NCBI RefSeq assembly: GCF_964355755.1
Contig: NC_092675.1
Span: 5,637,812-5,701,811 of the forward strand
Direction of reading: 5' to 3'
Length of the DNA: 64,000 nt
DNA from: Antedon mediterranea
Taxonomy: Eukaryota; Animalia; Echinodermata
How positions within the stretch are numbered: position 1 is the first letter of the stretch; each line of letters begins with the position of its first letter. Below are positions 1 through 15,100 of this stretch, one piece after another. The notes beneath the pieces are model-generated. The model worked only from the letters and a program-made list of their open reading frames with translations, ran no database searches and was not told the origin of the DNA. Made by a program: the position numbers and the translations under genes.

Positions 1-2
1 TT

Positions 3-420
3 ATTAAATTTCTACTGTTAACTACTTTTTTGGGGATAAAACATCATTTTTTGGTTAAGAATTGAAAACAATTTTGACCAAAAAATGATGTTTTACCCCA
101 ACAATAAGTAGTTAACAGTAGAAATTTAATTTTGTTTTACATGGATATACCCAGTGGGTTGTACACTACATGATTCAATCACTTTTATGTTGGTTCGGTG
201 GGGTTTGTTATATATTTTTGGAGGTTTGCGGGGTTTAGCAATCATTTTTGACCAAAAAATGATGTTTTACCCCAAAAATAAGTAGTTAACAGTAGAAATA
301 TAATATTTTTTTTTACATGGATATACCCAGTGGGTTGTACACTACATGATTCAATCACTTTTATGTTAGTTCGATGGGGTTTGCTATGTTTTTTTGGAGG
401 TTTGCGGGGGTTTGCTGGGT
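3..420. repeat. ~174-bp tandem repeat (about 72-240 and 246-420), preceded by an inverted partial copy (3-58)
   Basis: TTTTGACCAAAAAATGATGTTTTACCCCAA...GGTTTGCGGGG occurs twice in direct orientation; bases 3-58 are the near reverse complement of 73-130. Confidence 0.85.
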
Positions 421-3400
421 TTGCGGTGTTTAGCAATACCCGTATAGTATTCCTTCTAGCCAACAATTTAAAGAAACCATGTGTCTATATTACTATGCAT
501 TAAATCACAACCAATTGATCTAATGTACGTTTTCAATTTAACAACATTATGGCAACAATTTACAACGTTTCCCTTACAAGATGCTACTGTATGTACAGAT
601 AACATTGCGCCTAATTTAATTTCACAGCGACTGATCAGCTGATTTGAGCGGTTGTACTTTAAAGCTTTCAATGCCAATTATAACAACCATGATAATCAAT
701 TTAATTAGTCACATTGATGAGTAAATATAATTAGTTGATTGTTATAGTGTATTGGAACAGTTTACATGTGAGTAGATAAACAAATAATCATGGAGAAATC
801 TCCATGGTAAAATATTAACATTGAATTTCTCCTATTAGTATTAATAAACCTATAAAATTTGAAATTATATATCATGTTTGTGGTGTACTAACTAACCTAT
901 AGTAATTTGGTTTACTTTTAACCAGGGAATAGTGAACTTTTCCCTGCTTTTAACGCTTAAAAGCATCGCTTCAATTGTGTCGATAATAATAATAATAACA
1001 CTTTTTTTACAAATTTTAGTAGAATTTGTTTATTTTTGTAAATTTACTGAAACATTTTCAGGTTCAAGGCTATATAGGTTAAATTATGCTTGTTGTTAGA
1101 ATAGAATTCTGGTTGTTGTTAAAACCAATTATTTTCTTGATAAATGTTTGAATCGTTGGCGTCAATCTCAACAAGGAGGTTAAGTTTTCGCTACTTCTAT
1201 TTATCCATCGGCAAGGATGATAATTTACCGCCATGATAAAAATAATAATTTGCTTTGTCCGATTTCACAAGGATAGTTTACCTGTGGTTTTTTAGGCCTC
1301 AAACCTGTTTATCTATTTTTTTTTTGTTACAAGTAACTACTGTATTTTGTATTAGTGTGATTTTTATCTAATAGGCTCTTAGCAATGTCATTGATTCAAA
1401 TTGTGTTGATTTATTAAAACAGATCAAGATGGCTTTCAATTATAAATACAAATAAAACTGTTAGTTACTACTATCTCCATGATATCATTCTTTCTGAAAA
1501 TGTGAATTTAGTACTTTATGATAGTGTCATTCTTCTTGTGGATTTCCTTATTTTTCATTTAAAAGAAGATTTAAAATATAACCCCAGAAGCTTGGAAAAC
1601 TTCTAAATGTGCTTTGTCACTGACATTAACAACTTACACACAATCTTTGAATCGGAAGTAGCTATTGTATGGCATGCTTTAGAAACCAAATACTGCTTGA
1701 AAATGTGAACCAATCTTTAACGTGCTGGGTGGGGTAGCACTAGTTATAACGTGCCCAAATGTATGTAAAAATATTTGTTGAACCGGATGAAACTACTGTA
1801 CTTGAGAAACTGATAGACTGTCAACTGGCATACCTTAACAACTGGCATACCTTAAACTAATTGTTCTGTAATCAAACAATATATGCCCTAGATTTATTTA
1901 CCTAATATAAGGGCATTCTCCCCTAACCAGTAGACCTATTTATTATTATCCAATCACCTGTAAAGGATTGTAAGGCGATTTCCTCTTTTATAAAATATTA
2001 TGGAAGATTTTCTAATCCAGAGTATATATTGTCATTCCAGAAACCATTCTTATTGTCTGAATGTATTTAGTAAATGCCAATATGCTTATTTAGTGGTAGG
2101 GCTTTAGTTTTCTTTTATCTTTATCACAGTTACATACAATTCACTTGCTATCCACTACAACAAACATTTTAAGATTGCATTCATGGTGTGAGTATGCCAT
2201 GTTATATATATATTTCATCATATGTAATTATATTAACTTATTTAAAGATAAACTCATGTAATTATTGTACTTTAAGATTTTTTCTTTGATAATCACACAT
2301 GCTGTACAAGTCCCTGGTTAATTCTTATGTGGGGGAAACATGCGTAATACACTGATAATCCACTACAATATGATATACACACCGGAAGATTAGTTCTTCC
2401 CTTGATACTTTACGGAATTTGAACACAATCCTTGTGAAGTACCCTGACTCATTCGTCTAGTTTCTTACGCTGTAAGTCTAGCCCACCTATCTATCCTGGA
2501 CGTGGACATGCTGATTAACAACGATTATCGTTGTCAACATCTTGATATGTTAAGACCGTAGGCTATGAAAACACAATTTTAAGCTCAAAGGTACAGTAAA
2601 ATATTGTTTCTTTTAAAATGAGAGTTCTCAAATTATTATTTTCAGTAGTCTTGACAAAGAATTTCCATGATAAATTGAAAATGTTTATAAGCATGCTCAA
2701 AACAATTTTCTTATTATTCGGGTTTGCATGTACTGTATTACCATAGTATTACCATTTTGGTAAATCTGTTACTATACCTGAAGTTTATTTAATTAACATG
2801 CTTTCAAAATACTAATTACTTATATGCATAAGTAGGAATGCACTGATGATATCTGTCTGGTGCTTCATATATTGTGTGTAAGCCATATTCTTTATTTGAT
2901 TACAATATACAGTAAGCCTATGCTTTGTAATGTTGTAGGGTAGATCATCATCAACATATCTAACAAGATATACATTTTAACCTTTACCTTGACTAATTCA
3001 TTCAATGTCTATTTTTTTGTTAGTTTATTGCATATATAGCAATGATTTATTATGTATCGCACTTAGGTATTGTATAATGTAGCATGGATTTGGAATAATC
3101 TATAGAATAGTATGGGCATTGATCATGTTGATAACTTCCTGTTCAACTTATTTGTTTGTTTTGCACAGATTGTTCACATTCAACCATAGAATTCAATTTG
3201 AAGTATTGCTGAGTGCAATTGTCTACGTGTTTATTTTTACAAATCATTTTATTGAATTCTAACTGTGTAGGGTGGTATTGACAACGGAGCAAGGTGCATA
3301 GCTGCAGAGTTGGACATTTTTTCTAAATATTTATATACAGTTATTAAGTTCATTGTCTTCATTGAGGTCTTAAATTAATACAGTATGTTAAGAAGAAATT

Positions 3401-3889
3401 TGAAAGTTAAGGATTAGTTTCATCTTAATCTTGACTTCTCATAGTTTATTTTTAGGGTCCTTCTCCTCTCCCCCCTCCACTCCACTAATGCCTACACTAA
3501 TGATGGCATAAAACAACTAAATAGTGTCCCAACAACATTTTTTACCATGATGTTTTTTGGAATAATGTGTGACAAAAAGACCACTTTAATTTGAGAGCCC
3601 TTTTGTCGAAAGAATTCAAAACCTGAAAAATTGTCAATAAATAGGATAGGCTACCAAGTAAATATAAATTTAATTATACTATTTCTTTACTTCAAAGTGA
3701 TATCAAGAAATAAATCAATTTATTATTCTATAGTATTGTTAAAAATTAATAAATAGGGTGACCTATTTTACCTATATCCTTACTCATTTTATTTTCTGTG
3801 GGAAAATATTTTTCCCACGTCAGATTTTTTGATCTTTTACTGTGTGAATTGTATAGATACAGTTAGTACTTGAAATGGATGGTACTTAA

Positions 3890-5278
3890 AGTGGAGCTCC
3901 ACCCAGAAAATTACTATTTTTCATACATTTCAACTATTATTTAAAAATATCATCCCTTATACTTCATATTTTTTTGAAATTTTTTTCAATGAGTACGATT
4001 TTCTTGAAAATCACGCCTTTTTGCGTTTTGGGGGGATACCTTGTAATTTCCTATTCTTTTACATGCAAAAGGGGGGTATATTTGAATAATCCTAAAAAAT
4101 TCATTTCTTCACCAAAAAAAAAATGTAAAATGTTTATTTATGTAATTTTTCCAGATCTTTCTATTTCTGATATTTTTATCACGTATATATTGCGCAATTT
4201 TGCGTAAATAGACACTTTCCCCCGTTCGGGTCCAATTGGGTTTTTTATTTTGCTAGGGAGTACGATCACGTGACATTTTTCACAATCACACTACTGCAGC
4301 TGGCAATCTGTTATTTTGTCGCGATGTTATTTTTGACGCGCGAAAAGTATATTAAAACATTCTGAATGTGACCCTATTATGTTTCACAGTGTAATAATGT
4401 GATTATGAGACTATTACTAAAATATCAAATTTAACGAGATTTGAGAAAGATGTGGCTATATATTCAATAAAGCTAGGCCTAGGCCTACTAGAGTGTAGGT
4501 ATGTACCGATGCTGCTTAGTGGCTTGGCCTCTAGCTAGGCTAGGCTGACAGCAGTGAAGTTTGTTTTGCTTTCACCCGACCTTGGCCTACCCATGGGCCA
4601 TGATAGGGTGCCTGAATAGTTGTTTTCCAGTCAGGTCTAAGCTTGCACATCGCTTTACTATTCTTTACTACTCTTGTTCTGTATAGGATTTTGTGTTTCA
4701 CAATTCTTAATATGCGAGAAAACCCAGGAACGATAAATGGGGCGAAACGACCATGCCTATGAATACATAGGCCTCTAGACAAAAATTCAAGGCTAGCTAG
4801 GCTGAGCAGACGGCTTAGCTAGGCCTAGCCCTAGCTTAAAGTTAAAAGCAATCTGATAAGATTATTATGCTGTTGTTGTACAGTGAAAATCATGAGGTTT
4901 ACATGTAAATTATACTGACATTCTTATCGGAAATATTACTTAGGCCTAAACAAATCGTATTAATTGTGTGTATAAAATTTATTCCCCATTTTTCGACACA
5001 TAATTTACCAAAGGGAAGACATTTCCACAATGCGTTGACCAGCGACTAAAACGCGTCAGTCGCTAAGTGTAACGCGTTTCGCGACGTATTGTAAACTAAT
5101 AACCCCTAAGTTACTGAAAAACTGTAATTTGTTAAAAAACACTATTTTCTGACCGATTTTTTAGAAATGAGTTTTTGGAAAATATTTCCGTATTTTCCTG
5201 GTTTTTTTTATGTAATCACTTTCAATTAAACATACTTAAACATAATATAAGCTGAGAAAGTCTGAGTGTAGCTCCACT
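3890..5278. mobile_element. Non-autonomous DNA transposon, Kolobok-like (TTAA TSD, AG..CT ends), 1389 bp
   Basis: TTAA|AGTGGAGCTCCACCCAGA ... TCTGAGTGTAGCTCCACT|TTAA: 18-bp TIR with 2 mismatches and TTAA on both sides. The interior is richer in CpG and AGGCCTAG motifs than the flanks. No transposase ORF. Confidence 0.75.
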
Positions 5279-5291
5279 TTAAACAATGTTG

Positions 5292-5358
5292 TTTTTATTT
5301 TATTTTATTTTATTCAGGTTTATATAATAAAAAACATGCAGCCCGAAGGCTGAAATTG
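5292..5358 (-). mobile_element. Probable 3' tip of a LINE/SINE (stem-loop plus (AAAAT)n tail)
   Basis: The minus strand reads CAGCC-TTCG-GGCTG hairpin followed by AATAAAATAAAATAAAATAAAAAC. Confidence 0.35.
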
Positions 5359-5589
5359 TTGATTTACAAAAATATATATATATATATGGAAACACTAGTT
5401 TTAACAGTTAATATAAGAGGTGCTGAGGTACCATATTCACCAATCCACTTAAATGAGATATTTCCCTTAATTTAATATTCACTGAATGTGTGAATGGTAC
5501 ACGCACGCAAACCTAGATCGCATCTAATCCCAATCTACTTTATTGGTTTTTAATAATTATGATACCACAGTAAAATTTCATCATTATCT

Positions 5590-6050
5590 TTTATTTGAGT
5601 CAGCTTTCTTCTGCTACACCATCTCACCACTTCTTCCTTTCTTGCTCATCATGTTCCTCCAAATAAACCTTTCTTCTTTCTTTCTTTACCACATTTTTCT
5701 ATGTTACCTTTTGGCCGTCCTCTTTCTCTTTTACCTCCAACTTCTAGAGTGCCAAGCTGCTCTCTTTGTTCGTCTTCATCTTTTCATCTTTTCTCCCATT
5801 CATCTCAAGATACTCCTCATAAAGACTTCCACGATTGTTTCACTCAGACCTAGATGTTCCATGAGCTCTCTTGTGTTCCTCCTTTCTGCCAGCTTAACAG
5901 CACTCATCTTCTCTTATACACCATGTGGGTTTACTTTGGCCTCTTCTACCACATGAATCATCTAGCACTTTCATCTTTGCTATGTTAAATTGCAGGCCTT
6001 TACTTTCAAAGGCCTGTTTCCACTCTATCAAAGGCCTTCTCCAGATCTCC
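5590..6050 (-). mobile_element. Degenerate RTE-clade LINE, C-terminal ORF fragments
   Basis: Minus-strand translation gives WKQAFESKGLQFNIAKMKVL (end of RT), MSAVKLAERRNTRELMEHLGLSETIVEVFMRSILR*MG and VGGKRERGRPK. These are typical RTE C-terminal motifs, with stops and an internal deletion. Confidence 0.75.
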
Positions 6051-8783
6051 AAAACAAAACTGAAACAAACAAATGTCTCTGCACCCTCCTTAACAGTCTG
6101 GTAATTTTTTGCACATAAGTTGTGCTGTAAGTAATAGATCTACTGCATTGATAGAGGACTTCTTGCCACAATCACAGTCATGTTTAAAGCTTACTTGTGG
6201 GACAAATTTGTTCAAATAAGATGAAAGGGAATTACAGCTGAGCTAGAATAACTCTTATTTACTACAATAGTAATACATAAACTTGGAAATTATTTTTCCT
6301 ACATGACAGATTCAAGATGGATTGAAATCATTCATATCATACTGTTTATAGTTACAATACATAAAGTAAACAAAATGTTTTATTGCATGTTTTTAATGTG
6401 AGCTGAGCTAAGCAATTCGGTCAGTTTTTGTAGTTTCAATATTGTAATCCAACACTATATTTCATCAAACAATCGAATCGATTTTTATAGATCTCTGATC
6501 AAATTCAACAAGATTTTAAAATTGACATGAACAGGCGCTACTTCATATGTACGACTTTACAAGTATAATTTGGCATTATGTCTGTTGAGAGCATACGCTA
6601 ATGCAAAATAATATGGCTGCTTCTGGTTGGTGTACTGAATCTAGGGATTATTGTTGAAGAACGGGATTAACGTAGCATAAGCACAATATACTGACATAAT
6701 GTATGCTTGCATATAATAGCTAATGAAAATACAGTTTAGTAAAATAACTTGCAGGAACATAATAAGAATATTGATTTTTTATGATCTAAACATCCAACAT
6801 CTAAACATACCTGTACTGTACAATAATATGCAAATCTATTTCAATGTGTACGATGCAGAAATATTTTTTGGTTTTAGTTCTACAGTAGGCCTATTCATTA
6901 TTAAACAGAATGCATCTATATTTAGTATTGCTTTAAAAAAAACTGTATATGTACAGTAAAAGTAAGAGTGGAAAAAAAGTATACCGGAAGTTGATTGATG
7001 AAATACTGTATGGTCTATTGTTATTATTATTATTATTATTATCAATCAGGAGAATTATTTTAGGTTAGCAATACATGATGCCAGTCTGTAGCTAAATACT
7101 ATAGGTAATTTGTTCACACATTATGTTTAGTGTCTTAATACCAATAACAGGCCTGAAATTACCTCTATCATCAGAACATCTCAGCATACTGTAGGTTTGA
7201 TCATCAACCTTCAATTATCCATGAACTTACTGATGGACTCACTATCTATTTAGATCTAAACCTCAATTAATATTTCTAATCAGATGGGTCAGGAAGTTGT
7301 AAACATCACTTAGGTGATTTTTTTCTCATAGTGACCTAAAATTAGTCAAAAAGGTGATTTCGGGGTCAATGGCAAAATAAATCTTGATGACAACAAATGC
7401 TAATGAAGTACATAGATGGCCAAAGACAGCTACGACTGTATTTGTAATTTTGTTAAAATTGAGTTTCCTGTGATTATTTCACACTTATTAGGTTTACAGT
7501 GAGTGCTGTAGGGAAATATTTGGATTTAAGCCATCATAGTAACAGTCTAGAGTAAAAAAAAATGAATACAGTTACAGTTAATATAAATAATATATAAAAT
7601 TATTATATTAGAATTTCTTTAACCAATTTTTACATTTCATTTGAACTAGAACTTGAACAACCACTGAACCATTCTGTAGCTACAGTAATGCCTATCGGTG
7701 TCTCCTGGATGTCTAGTGTCTGTCTCTGCCCCTGTCTGTCTCTTCCCCCTGTCTGTCTCTGAATTTCCTGTGTGCCAATTTCCTAAATTCCATCAGTATA
7801 GCGCTACAAAAAACAACTGTAGCCCCCTATTTACTAATTAATTTAAATTAAATTAAGAATGTTTTTGTTTTTACTATTTGTTATAGAATCTACTTAGCCC
7901 TCCTCTTGGCTATGGCCAAAAGTTTACCTTATGAATAATAATAATATGCTTTTTTAAGTAGAAAAAAAAATCTATTTAAAGCTGTGTTCACATGCATAGT
8001 GTGCCTTTCACACCTCTTTCAGTTCCAGTATCAACATAGCAAACTAAATGTTTTATTTTTGTGCAGCAATCTTTATATTTGATACATATGACGATGACGA
8101 AAATTCTGCCGCGAACATGAACTGGTGCGGCGTAGCCGGAATCTCTTATACCACAGTGTTGAAACTGCAATGTTGATGGTATTTAGAGAAAAGAGCGTGC
8201 AAAACATACTTAGAATTCATCAAATTGCATTAATAATCATTCAAAATTAATTTTCATATGGTATACCACAATGGTCAACAGCTACTGTACAGTATCTGTA
8301 TACCACAATGGTCAACAGCCCAACCCCTAATCTACACATTCTTTATCTCATATGTTGATAAATAGATAAAATCATTTTAACACCTATCAAACATCAGCAC
8401 TGGACTTAACAGTATGTTTTGACACTTTTATTTGAAAACAAGCAGCTTATTTTGATACTAATGTCTTTATTTATGTCAACAAAATTGCTGATGAACCTGG
8501 TTACCATTATCATAAACCACACAATTTAACCCCAAAGGTGTCTACTAAAGTCTGTCCTACTTAAAGATAAATCAAAGTATAGTAATTAGGTGAAGAACAC
8601 CAGGTAGTCTTTACTGCTCCTCAGGATGCTTTCAATAAGGCCATCGATGATGAGTGGTATTTGTCAACACTCACCTGAAGTTAGGTGCTATTTGCTGTAA
8701 ACCACAGAGGTATTATATTAAAACTATAGAGAGTCAACTATGCCACAGAAAAGTGATGCGAACAGAGCAGGACAAATTACTAT

Positions 8784-8940
8784 GGGCCTGTTTCTGCTGC
8801 AAAAAAATAATAAATGAATTAACTTAAATTAACTCCACTTTCTTGGAGCAGAGAACTAATTGAGAAGAAATGCAGTCAATATAAAAATTACATTTTTTTA
8901 AAAATCGGTTTATTTGGCCCTCTGCAGCAGAAACAGACCC
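8784..8940. mobile_element. Harbinger/Tourist-like MITE, 157 bp
   Basis: TAT|GGGCCTGTTTCTGCTGCA ... TGCAGCAGAAACAGACCC|TAT: 18-bp TIR with 1 mismatch and a 3-bp TSD. Confidence 0.75.
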
Positions 8941-9157
8941 TATATAAAGTAACTTTTCTAAAGTAAAATCAACTAATAATTTTTTGGAATATTATAGTTT
9001 AGAATATGTTCTCGTGGATACGCCCAATATGACTGAGTAGTGGGTGTGGCTTCCAACTGATATGGATTAGTTGATTTCACACTGGCAGTTGGACACTAAC
9101 GTTATTTTATGTAACTATTTAATATGACTACCCATGTAGTAAATTCAACAAAAACTG

Positions 9158-9290
9158 AATGGGCACTCAGAGAGCACAAATATCCGCCTAGGCATATAAA
9201 AATTGGATTACAGCTAAAAAATATAGAAAAAAACAAACACACACATACACGATCAACAACATAACACCTCGCTATTCTGGCAGAGGATCG
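9158..9290. mobile_element. Degraded HINE/DINE-1-like (Helentron-associated) element
   Basis: GGGCACTCAGAGAGCAC..TCCGCC start, ACAC microsatellite, and an AACATAACACCTC..GGCAGAGG hairpin-like end. Family resemblance judged by eye only. Confidence 0.4.
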
Positions 9291-11086
9291 TATGTATTAC
9301 GACAGACAGTCAAAAATGGAAACGATACCCGGCTTTCTACAATATGATATCCAACGACGAACGTGCTATTTCTTTGCAAAAAACGTTTTATGTATTTATC
9401 CATTCCTTTTACCGAGAAATCTATCTCTACCTTTCTTGCTTTTCATGAGTCGGACGTGAGTAATTTGACAGAGAATAGCTTCTGAGAAACCTACTGAAAT
9501 GTTCTCAATTATGTGGCTTCTTTATTCAGTTTTTGTCTACATCATATCATGAAAATTGTATTCACATATTTATATTTCCCCCTTCTTTTGACATTAATCA
9601 TCTTTGTATGGCACAAGCCATTATAAAAATTATCTGGAAAGTTGATCTTCCCCCTAAAGATCTTGCCGATGATTGAAAATATACTCCCTTGGCTCGCAGC
9701 ACACAAGTACCAGTTGCCGGCGACCCTTGACCTGTGGTGAGTTATTTCCCTTGTTGCCGACCATTCTCCATCATTGAACCAACAGTAACATTGTGAGTGT
9801 TGAACTTTCTATTAAGGTGTATTGACTGATGACTAAAAAATGAAGGGCAATGCCACTACAAAAGTCAAATTAACCAACTTATCATTGATTATTCTTCATA
9901 TCTTTTCCAAACGTCTGAACATTTTTATTGTATGAACACATGTTCTGAAAGATTAAAAACTATAGTGGCAATTTTTTAGGTTGGTGGTTAAACACACTTG
10001 CTTATCAATCATGTACTCTTAGGTTCAAATCTTACTGTTTGATTTGTGCCATGTCTTATTCAGTATCTAAACAATTTGTGATTCTACATATTTTATAAAT
10101 GAAATTCAAATTCATCAATATATAATTAGTCACAATTAATATAGCCCTACTAACATTATTCTGACATATAATATTGTGAAATACTGTCATATTGCATATT
10201 TGTATTTGAAAAGCAATGACAATGTAGTACTTTCAATCAATATGTTTTTTTCTTGGATCTTGTGTTCGTATTAGATCTTGTTGATAAAATCAGATAGAGG
10301 CTGACAGTTTCCTGGAAGTACAGTTGAAGTATGCACAAACATGCCCTAATGCAAATGTATATGACTTTCATTAAGATGCTTTATGTCTGTCTTACTACAT
10401 ATCAACAGGGGTGTCTAAACCAGTTTTGACAGTAGCAACGTAAAATAACAAGTTTTTAATGAGGACAAATTTAGCACGCTAGGTGTTGATTACGTTGCCT
10501 AATTGCCTCACTCTTTAGCCATTGTTTGGGACTGTGAGTAGACATTAAAGAAATTTGTAGCCAGGATGTTGAGTGGCTACCGCATCTAAATTAAATATAT
10601 CACATGTGGAGAAACGGCAAAAGAATTAAGGGATAGGTCGAAGCACATACTGTGTTCACTTCTAAATCATAATGGCATACTTAATAATAAAAATATGGCC
10701 GGTTAATTACAAAGAAGTGTATGATGAATGGATTTAGAAATATGATTAAATAGCCTGCACTTTCGATGAACGTATGCATGCTGTACCAATGAGACTAACA
10801 GGTTGTAATTGAACACGGCATACTGTTCGGGGCATGTGCTGATGTTTTTCTTGTAAGCTATCGTATAGATAAGAATTACAATTGATCAGTTAACAAATTG
10901 ACAAATGTGGATGATGCGATCTGGTCTGTAAACCAGAGGCGCCTGAAACAACAGAGTTAAATTGGTGATGTTAGAATAATTGTAACTACTGTATGTATCA
11001 GCAATACACTGACAACTTTAATGCATCTTCTGAATGCCATATCACCAACACCATAGGTTCATGTTAGCATTCAGTTTATGCAGATA

Positions 11087-11143
11087 GGTTTTCTGACTGA
11101 CTCTTCCCCAATTTAAATTGGGAAATAGGTCAGTCAGAAAACC
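11087..11143. repeat. Near-perfect ~57-bp palindrome
   Basis: GGTTTTCTGACTGAC-TCTTCCCCAATTT/AAATTGGGAAATAG-GTCAGTCAGAAAACC. Confidence 0.85.
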
Positions 11144-11496
11144 CTGCTATCATATCTGAAATCTCTGAATCTCTCTTAATTTTTGAATGCCTCAACATTT
11201 TTTAAATATTTCTATAACAAAATAAATCTACAGTAATCATCAATTCATGTATAGTGAGACTAGAAATTATATTGTTGTGAATGACAAATAGTCTAGCTTT
11301 ATCATCATCTATTCTATGCATTAAATTGAAAATTAAATGGATTTAGAATATCATAACAGTTTAATATAATACTAAACTGTTTGGCTTCAATTTTATGTGG
11401 TCATGTGGTATCCTGGATTTGTACTATATCTGGGTTAAACCTTAAATTATGCAGGATGAATTATAGGAACATATTTAATTCGTAATTTGTGGTTAA

Positions 11497-12123
11497 AGAC
11501 CTCTTCCCTGCAATTTTGGACGTTTTTTGGAAAATAATACATATATATCACTTTAAAAACATTAAACCATGTCATTCCTTGTCTTAAATGTACGTTTTAT
11601 GGTAAATTATGATAAAAAGTGAGAAACAATGCACTACCTAAGTAGCTCGCGGCGATCGACCTCTCGTGGACGGTCTTAGGCCTAGCCTAGCTAGGCTTAG
11701 TTTTGTAGGCCTAGCTGGTAAACATCGGTAACGTACGAACATCGTACGCGAGCTATATACCTAGCCTGACGTTGTATAGTTGCTGCATTAATTGTCTTTC
11801 TATTTTTGCCAGACTCCGTTGATACAAATTGGGGAAAACCCGGTATTTTCGCTGAAAAGTTAGGAGTCTTCCATTTGTTTTGGCCTCACGATCGATCGAA
11901 AAGTGGGCGAATTACAGGTGAAAAACAAAAATATCAATCCGCGCGCAATGCATTTTGGGATTTATAGCGGGCCGCTATAATTATTAGAATCGGCTTATTT
12001 TTCACATTTTTAACCGTTTAAAGACGAAAAAAGTTATCGCAATAGGACCATATAGTATTATTTTTACATTAAATATAGTTTGTGATCTTAAATTAGATCT
12101 AAAAAAACGTAGGGAATGGGGCT
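11497..12123. mobile_element. Kolobok-like MITE, copy 1 (627 bp, TTAA TSD)
   Basis: TTAA|AGACCTCTTCCCT ... AGGGAATGGGGCT|TTAA. Near-identical to 16902-17527 but with unrelated flanks. Confidence 0.9.
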
Positions 12124-15100
12124 TTAAATACAATTTAACCCATTAACAAATCAGTTAGTTATTTTAGAATGTTCTGTGTAAAAAAAGGCCCAAAAAACTA
12201 TACTATTATGAATGTGAAAAATAAACGGATGAAAGGATTTAGACTATGTAAGAAAAAAATGTCTTAGTATTGAAGCATGTAATAAAAGAAAACAAAAACA
12301 ACATGAATCAATGAAAATCAAGATAAAAAATGTTGAGAAAAGCTGATTGGAATGTTGAATTTTGAATATATGCATTACCAATGCTAAAATACTAAAATAC
12401 ATCAATTAAGATGTGGATATCAAATCAGAAAATGAACAATCTCTGCCATAACAACACAATGGCCATGTAGAAAGAATGAATAATTTTACGTCAATGCTAC
12501 GTGATAACAGCTTGCAAAGTCTATGCTTGGGTGGTATATTAGTAGACACTCAGTCCTCTAGGCCGATCATAACCCCATCATGCATACCTTTAAACTGATC
12601 TACAGTAGGCCTATATTATGTTTACTCACTCAACTGAAAATCACTACCCTAATGGTTGAAATCGAAACATAAGAAATTTTCACTGTTTACAGACTGAATC
12701 ACATCTAAAAGACCCCACCTGGCTTTATTTACATATGCGTAATGTGATATTATTTATACAACACCTTCATTTGACCACCTGGAATAAGTCTTCCCAAATG
12801 CTTTGTAACCTTTATAAACATGTGAGAAACGTTACAATATCCAGAATTTATATAATTATACATGGCGTTTCAGAAAAGGTTAATAGAAATCGTTGTTGGC
12901 ATATTCCGGTTGAACTGACCATTTGCGACTGTAATTATTTATTAATAATAAATATTAATTCTGACCATTTTACCAAGTCCGATAAAGGGCACGTATATAC
13001 GGGTAGACAGTTATACATGCTGGCTACAAGCAATAATTGAATTATGACCAACCAATAACAATAATAATCATAATTTATGTTGTGAAATTTATGAAATATT
13101 ACTTGCTTTTTGTTCTGTATGTTATTGTTATGCATCGTAGTACACTATTAGACACGTAAAACTACTATAATTTGATTACTAGACCAACTCAATACATCAA
13201 CAGTATAATAATAATAATTTTCAGTTTTACATAAAATTGGTAAGCATGTGTTAGGCTTAAATTATTGTTAGTTATTGGGAGACGGTCAGGTTGCGGATTT
13301 ATAAATCGGGAAACTGCCCCTGGCATCTAGCCCTGTCTATCTATCCAGAGAACCTCTCCATCTAGGCCCCTGTGGTCATTAGAATGGTTGTTGAGAATAC
13401 AACAATTTCTTGCTGAGGCTTAAGGAACACTCTTCCACATGTATTCTCCCTTCATAGTATCTATTTCTAAGTTGATACCCTGGGAATATAGGGTCAAGGT
13501 AGCTAATTACTTTTGTATGAAAGTTGTCTGTTTGGCATTGAGCCAAATAAAATAATATGTAACACATTAATATTAATAACATAATGTTAACGATATTGAA
13601 GAGTGTAATAACACTTCATTAAATATCTTGAGTGAAAATAATAGAATTAAGGAAATCAAATATTGGTAATTATTAATTAAAACCAATAAGCAATTGAGGT
13701 TTGCCACAACGGAAATGATTAATATTATTACAGTTATTTTTACTGAAAGTATTTAAATCAGTGTCTCGTCTTGCAAAGTCCTGTCTGATGGTTTAGGTCA
13801 CATGACCCTATTGTCAGGCCAGGTGATTATGCAAATGTACAAATAAACCTGGATTGTTTAGAAGAAAGTCTGTTATCTGCGATTTTCAGGTGCAATTAAT
13901 TTCCTACATTGTTTTCTTTTTAATTGTTATACTTACTCGGGGATTTAAGTCTTGGCTCACAATCACAAATGAAGCTTTTTACAACTTTGTTCTATTAGAA
14001 ATTTAAACATTTACATAAGATAATTATAAGAGGAAGATTTAAATAGAGGAGGTAGCTAGGAAGCGGAATATAACCATGTTTATTATGTATAATCTAATTC
14101 AAGATTTCCCTATAGTTATTTATATATATATATATATATATTATTTTACTACTTTTAAAATAAAAACATTATTTACTAGTTTTATAGTAAGAATTAAATG
14201 TATTAAACAATACTCATTTTTATTCTCATTGTGATGAAACAACTACACTGCTTAATTTATTCTTGGTCACGTTGTCATTGTCAATCATGGTAATAGTTCG
14301 TCTTTACTGTTTACGCATTATTCATTATTACTGGGCTGTTTAAAATTTCTCTCGTTCAGTTAAATTTATTTACAATACTATACTATTTTAATTTGATGCT
14401 CTTCAAATTCATATATTCAATATAATGTGTACATACAATTTACAAGTAAAATATTAGAAATCAGATTAAAATTCTATCAATTTTCGTATCTGATCTGTAT
14501 TAGTGTGTGTCTCTTTGCTCGCTGTAGGTTTTTATTGTATATTGGGTTCAATTTGCATACACAGCTAATGTTATGAATGTGAATTCACTAATGCCATCGT
14601 ACCAAAGCCATTAAAATCGCATTACAAATCATATTCATATTCATCAATACTACGCAGACAATATTGTTGTGATATGCGTGTTCAGTCTATTTGTTATTGT
14701 ATTTCAAGATGGAGTGTTATTTGCTTCTTATTTGCATAGGTGTTGTATTGACAAAGTTTATATTTAGAAATGACCCCGGGCTCACTCTCTCGTATTTAGT
14801 GTGGAAACGCACGCTAATAAATTACATTGCTTTATGCCGGATTTTGTGATGTAATAACAACTTTAGAATCTAAAGTTAAGATTGCATCATTTCAGATTGA
14901 TTACTGTAATAGTGATTTAAAAAATGTTAAAATCCTTGGGCTACAGATATCAATTCTTGTTTATTCCATTCATAATTGTACGTGGAAGGTTTGCAAAATA
15001 GTTCATATAAAAAACTGGCAACAATACTCCAATAAATCTGGCTGCTTCATCATTTATAGTATCATTTAAACATTACAACATTCTCAAGATTGTGAAGTTT

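Noticed and set aside
5543-5956. 137-aa hydrophobic + strand ORF
   Set aside because: It is the antisense of the purine-rich RTE LINE relic.
9660-9737. Candidate exon ending TG|GTGAGT
   Set aside because: The phase is incompatible with the Ig exon acceptor and there is no recognisable product.
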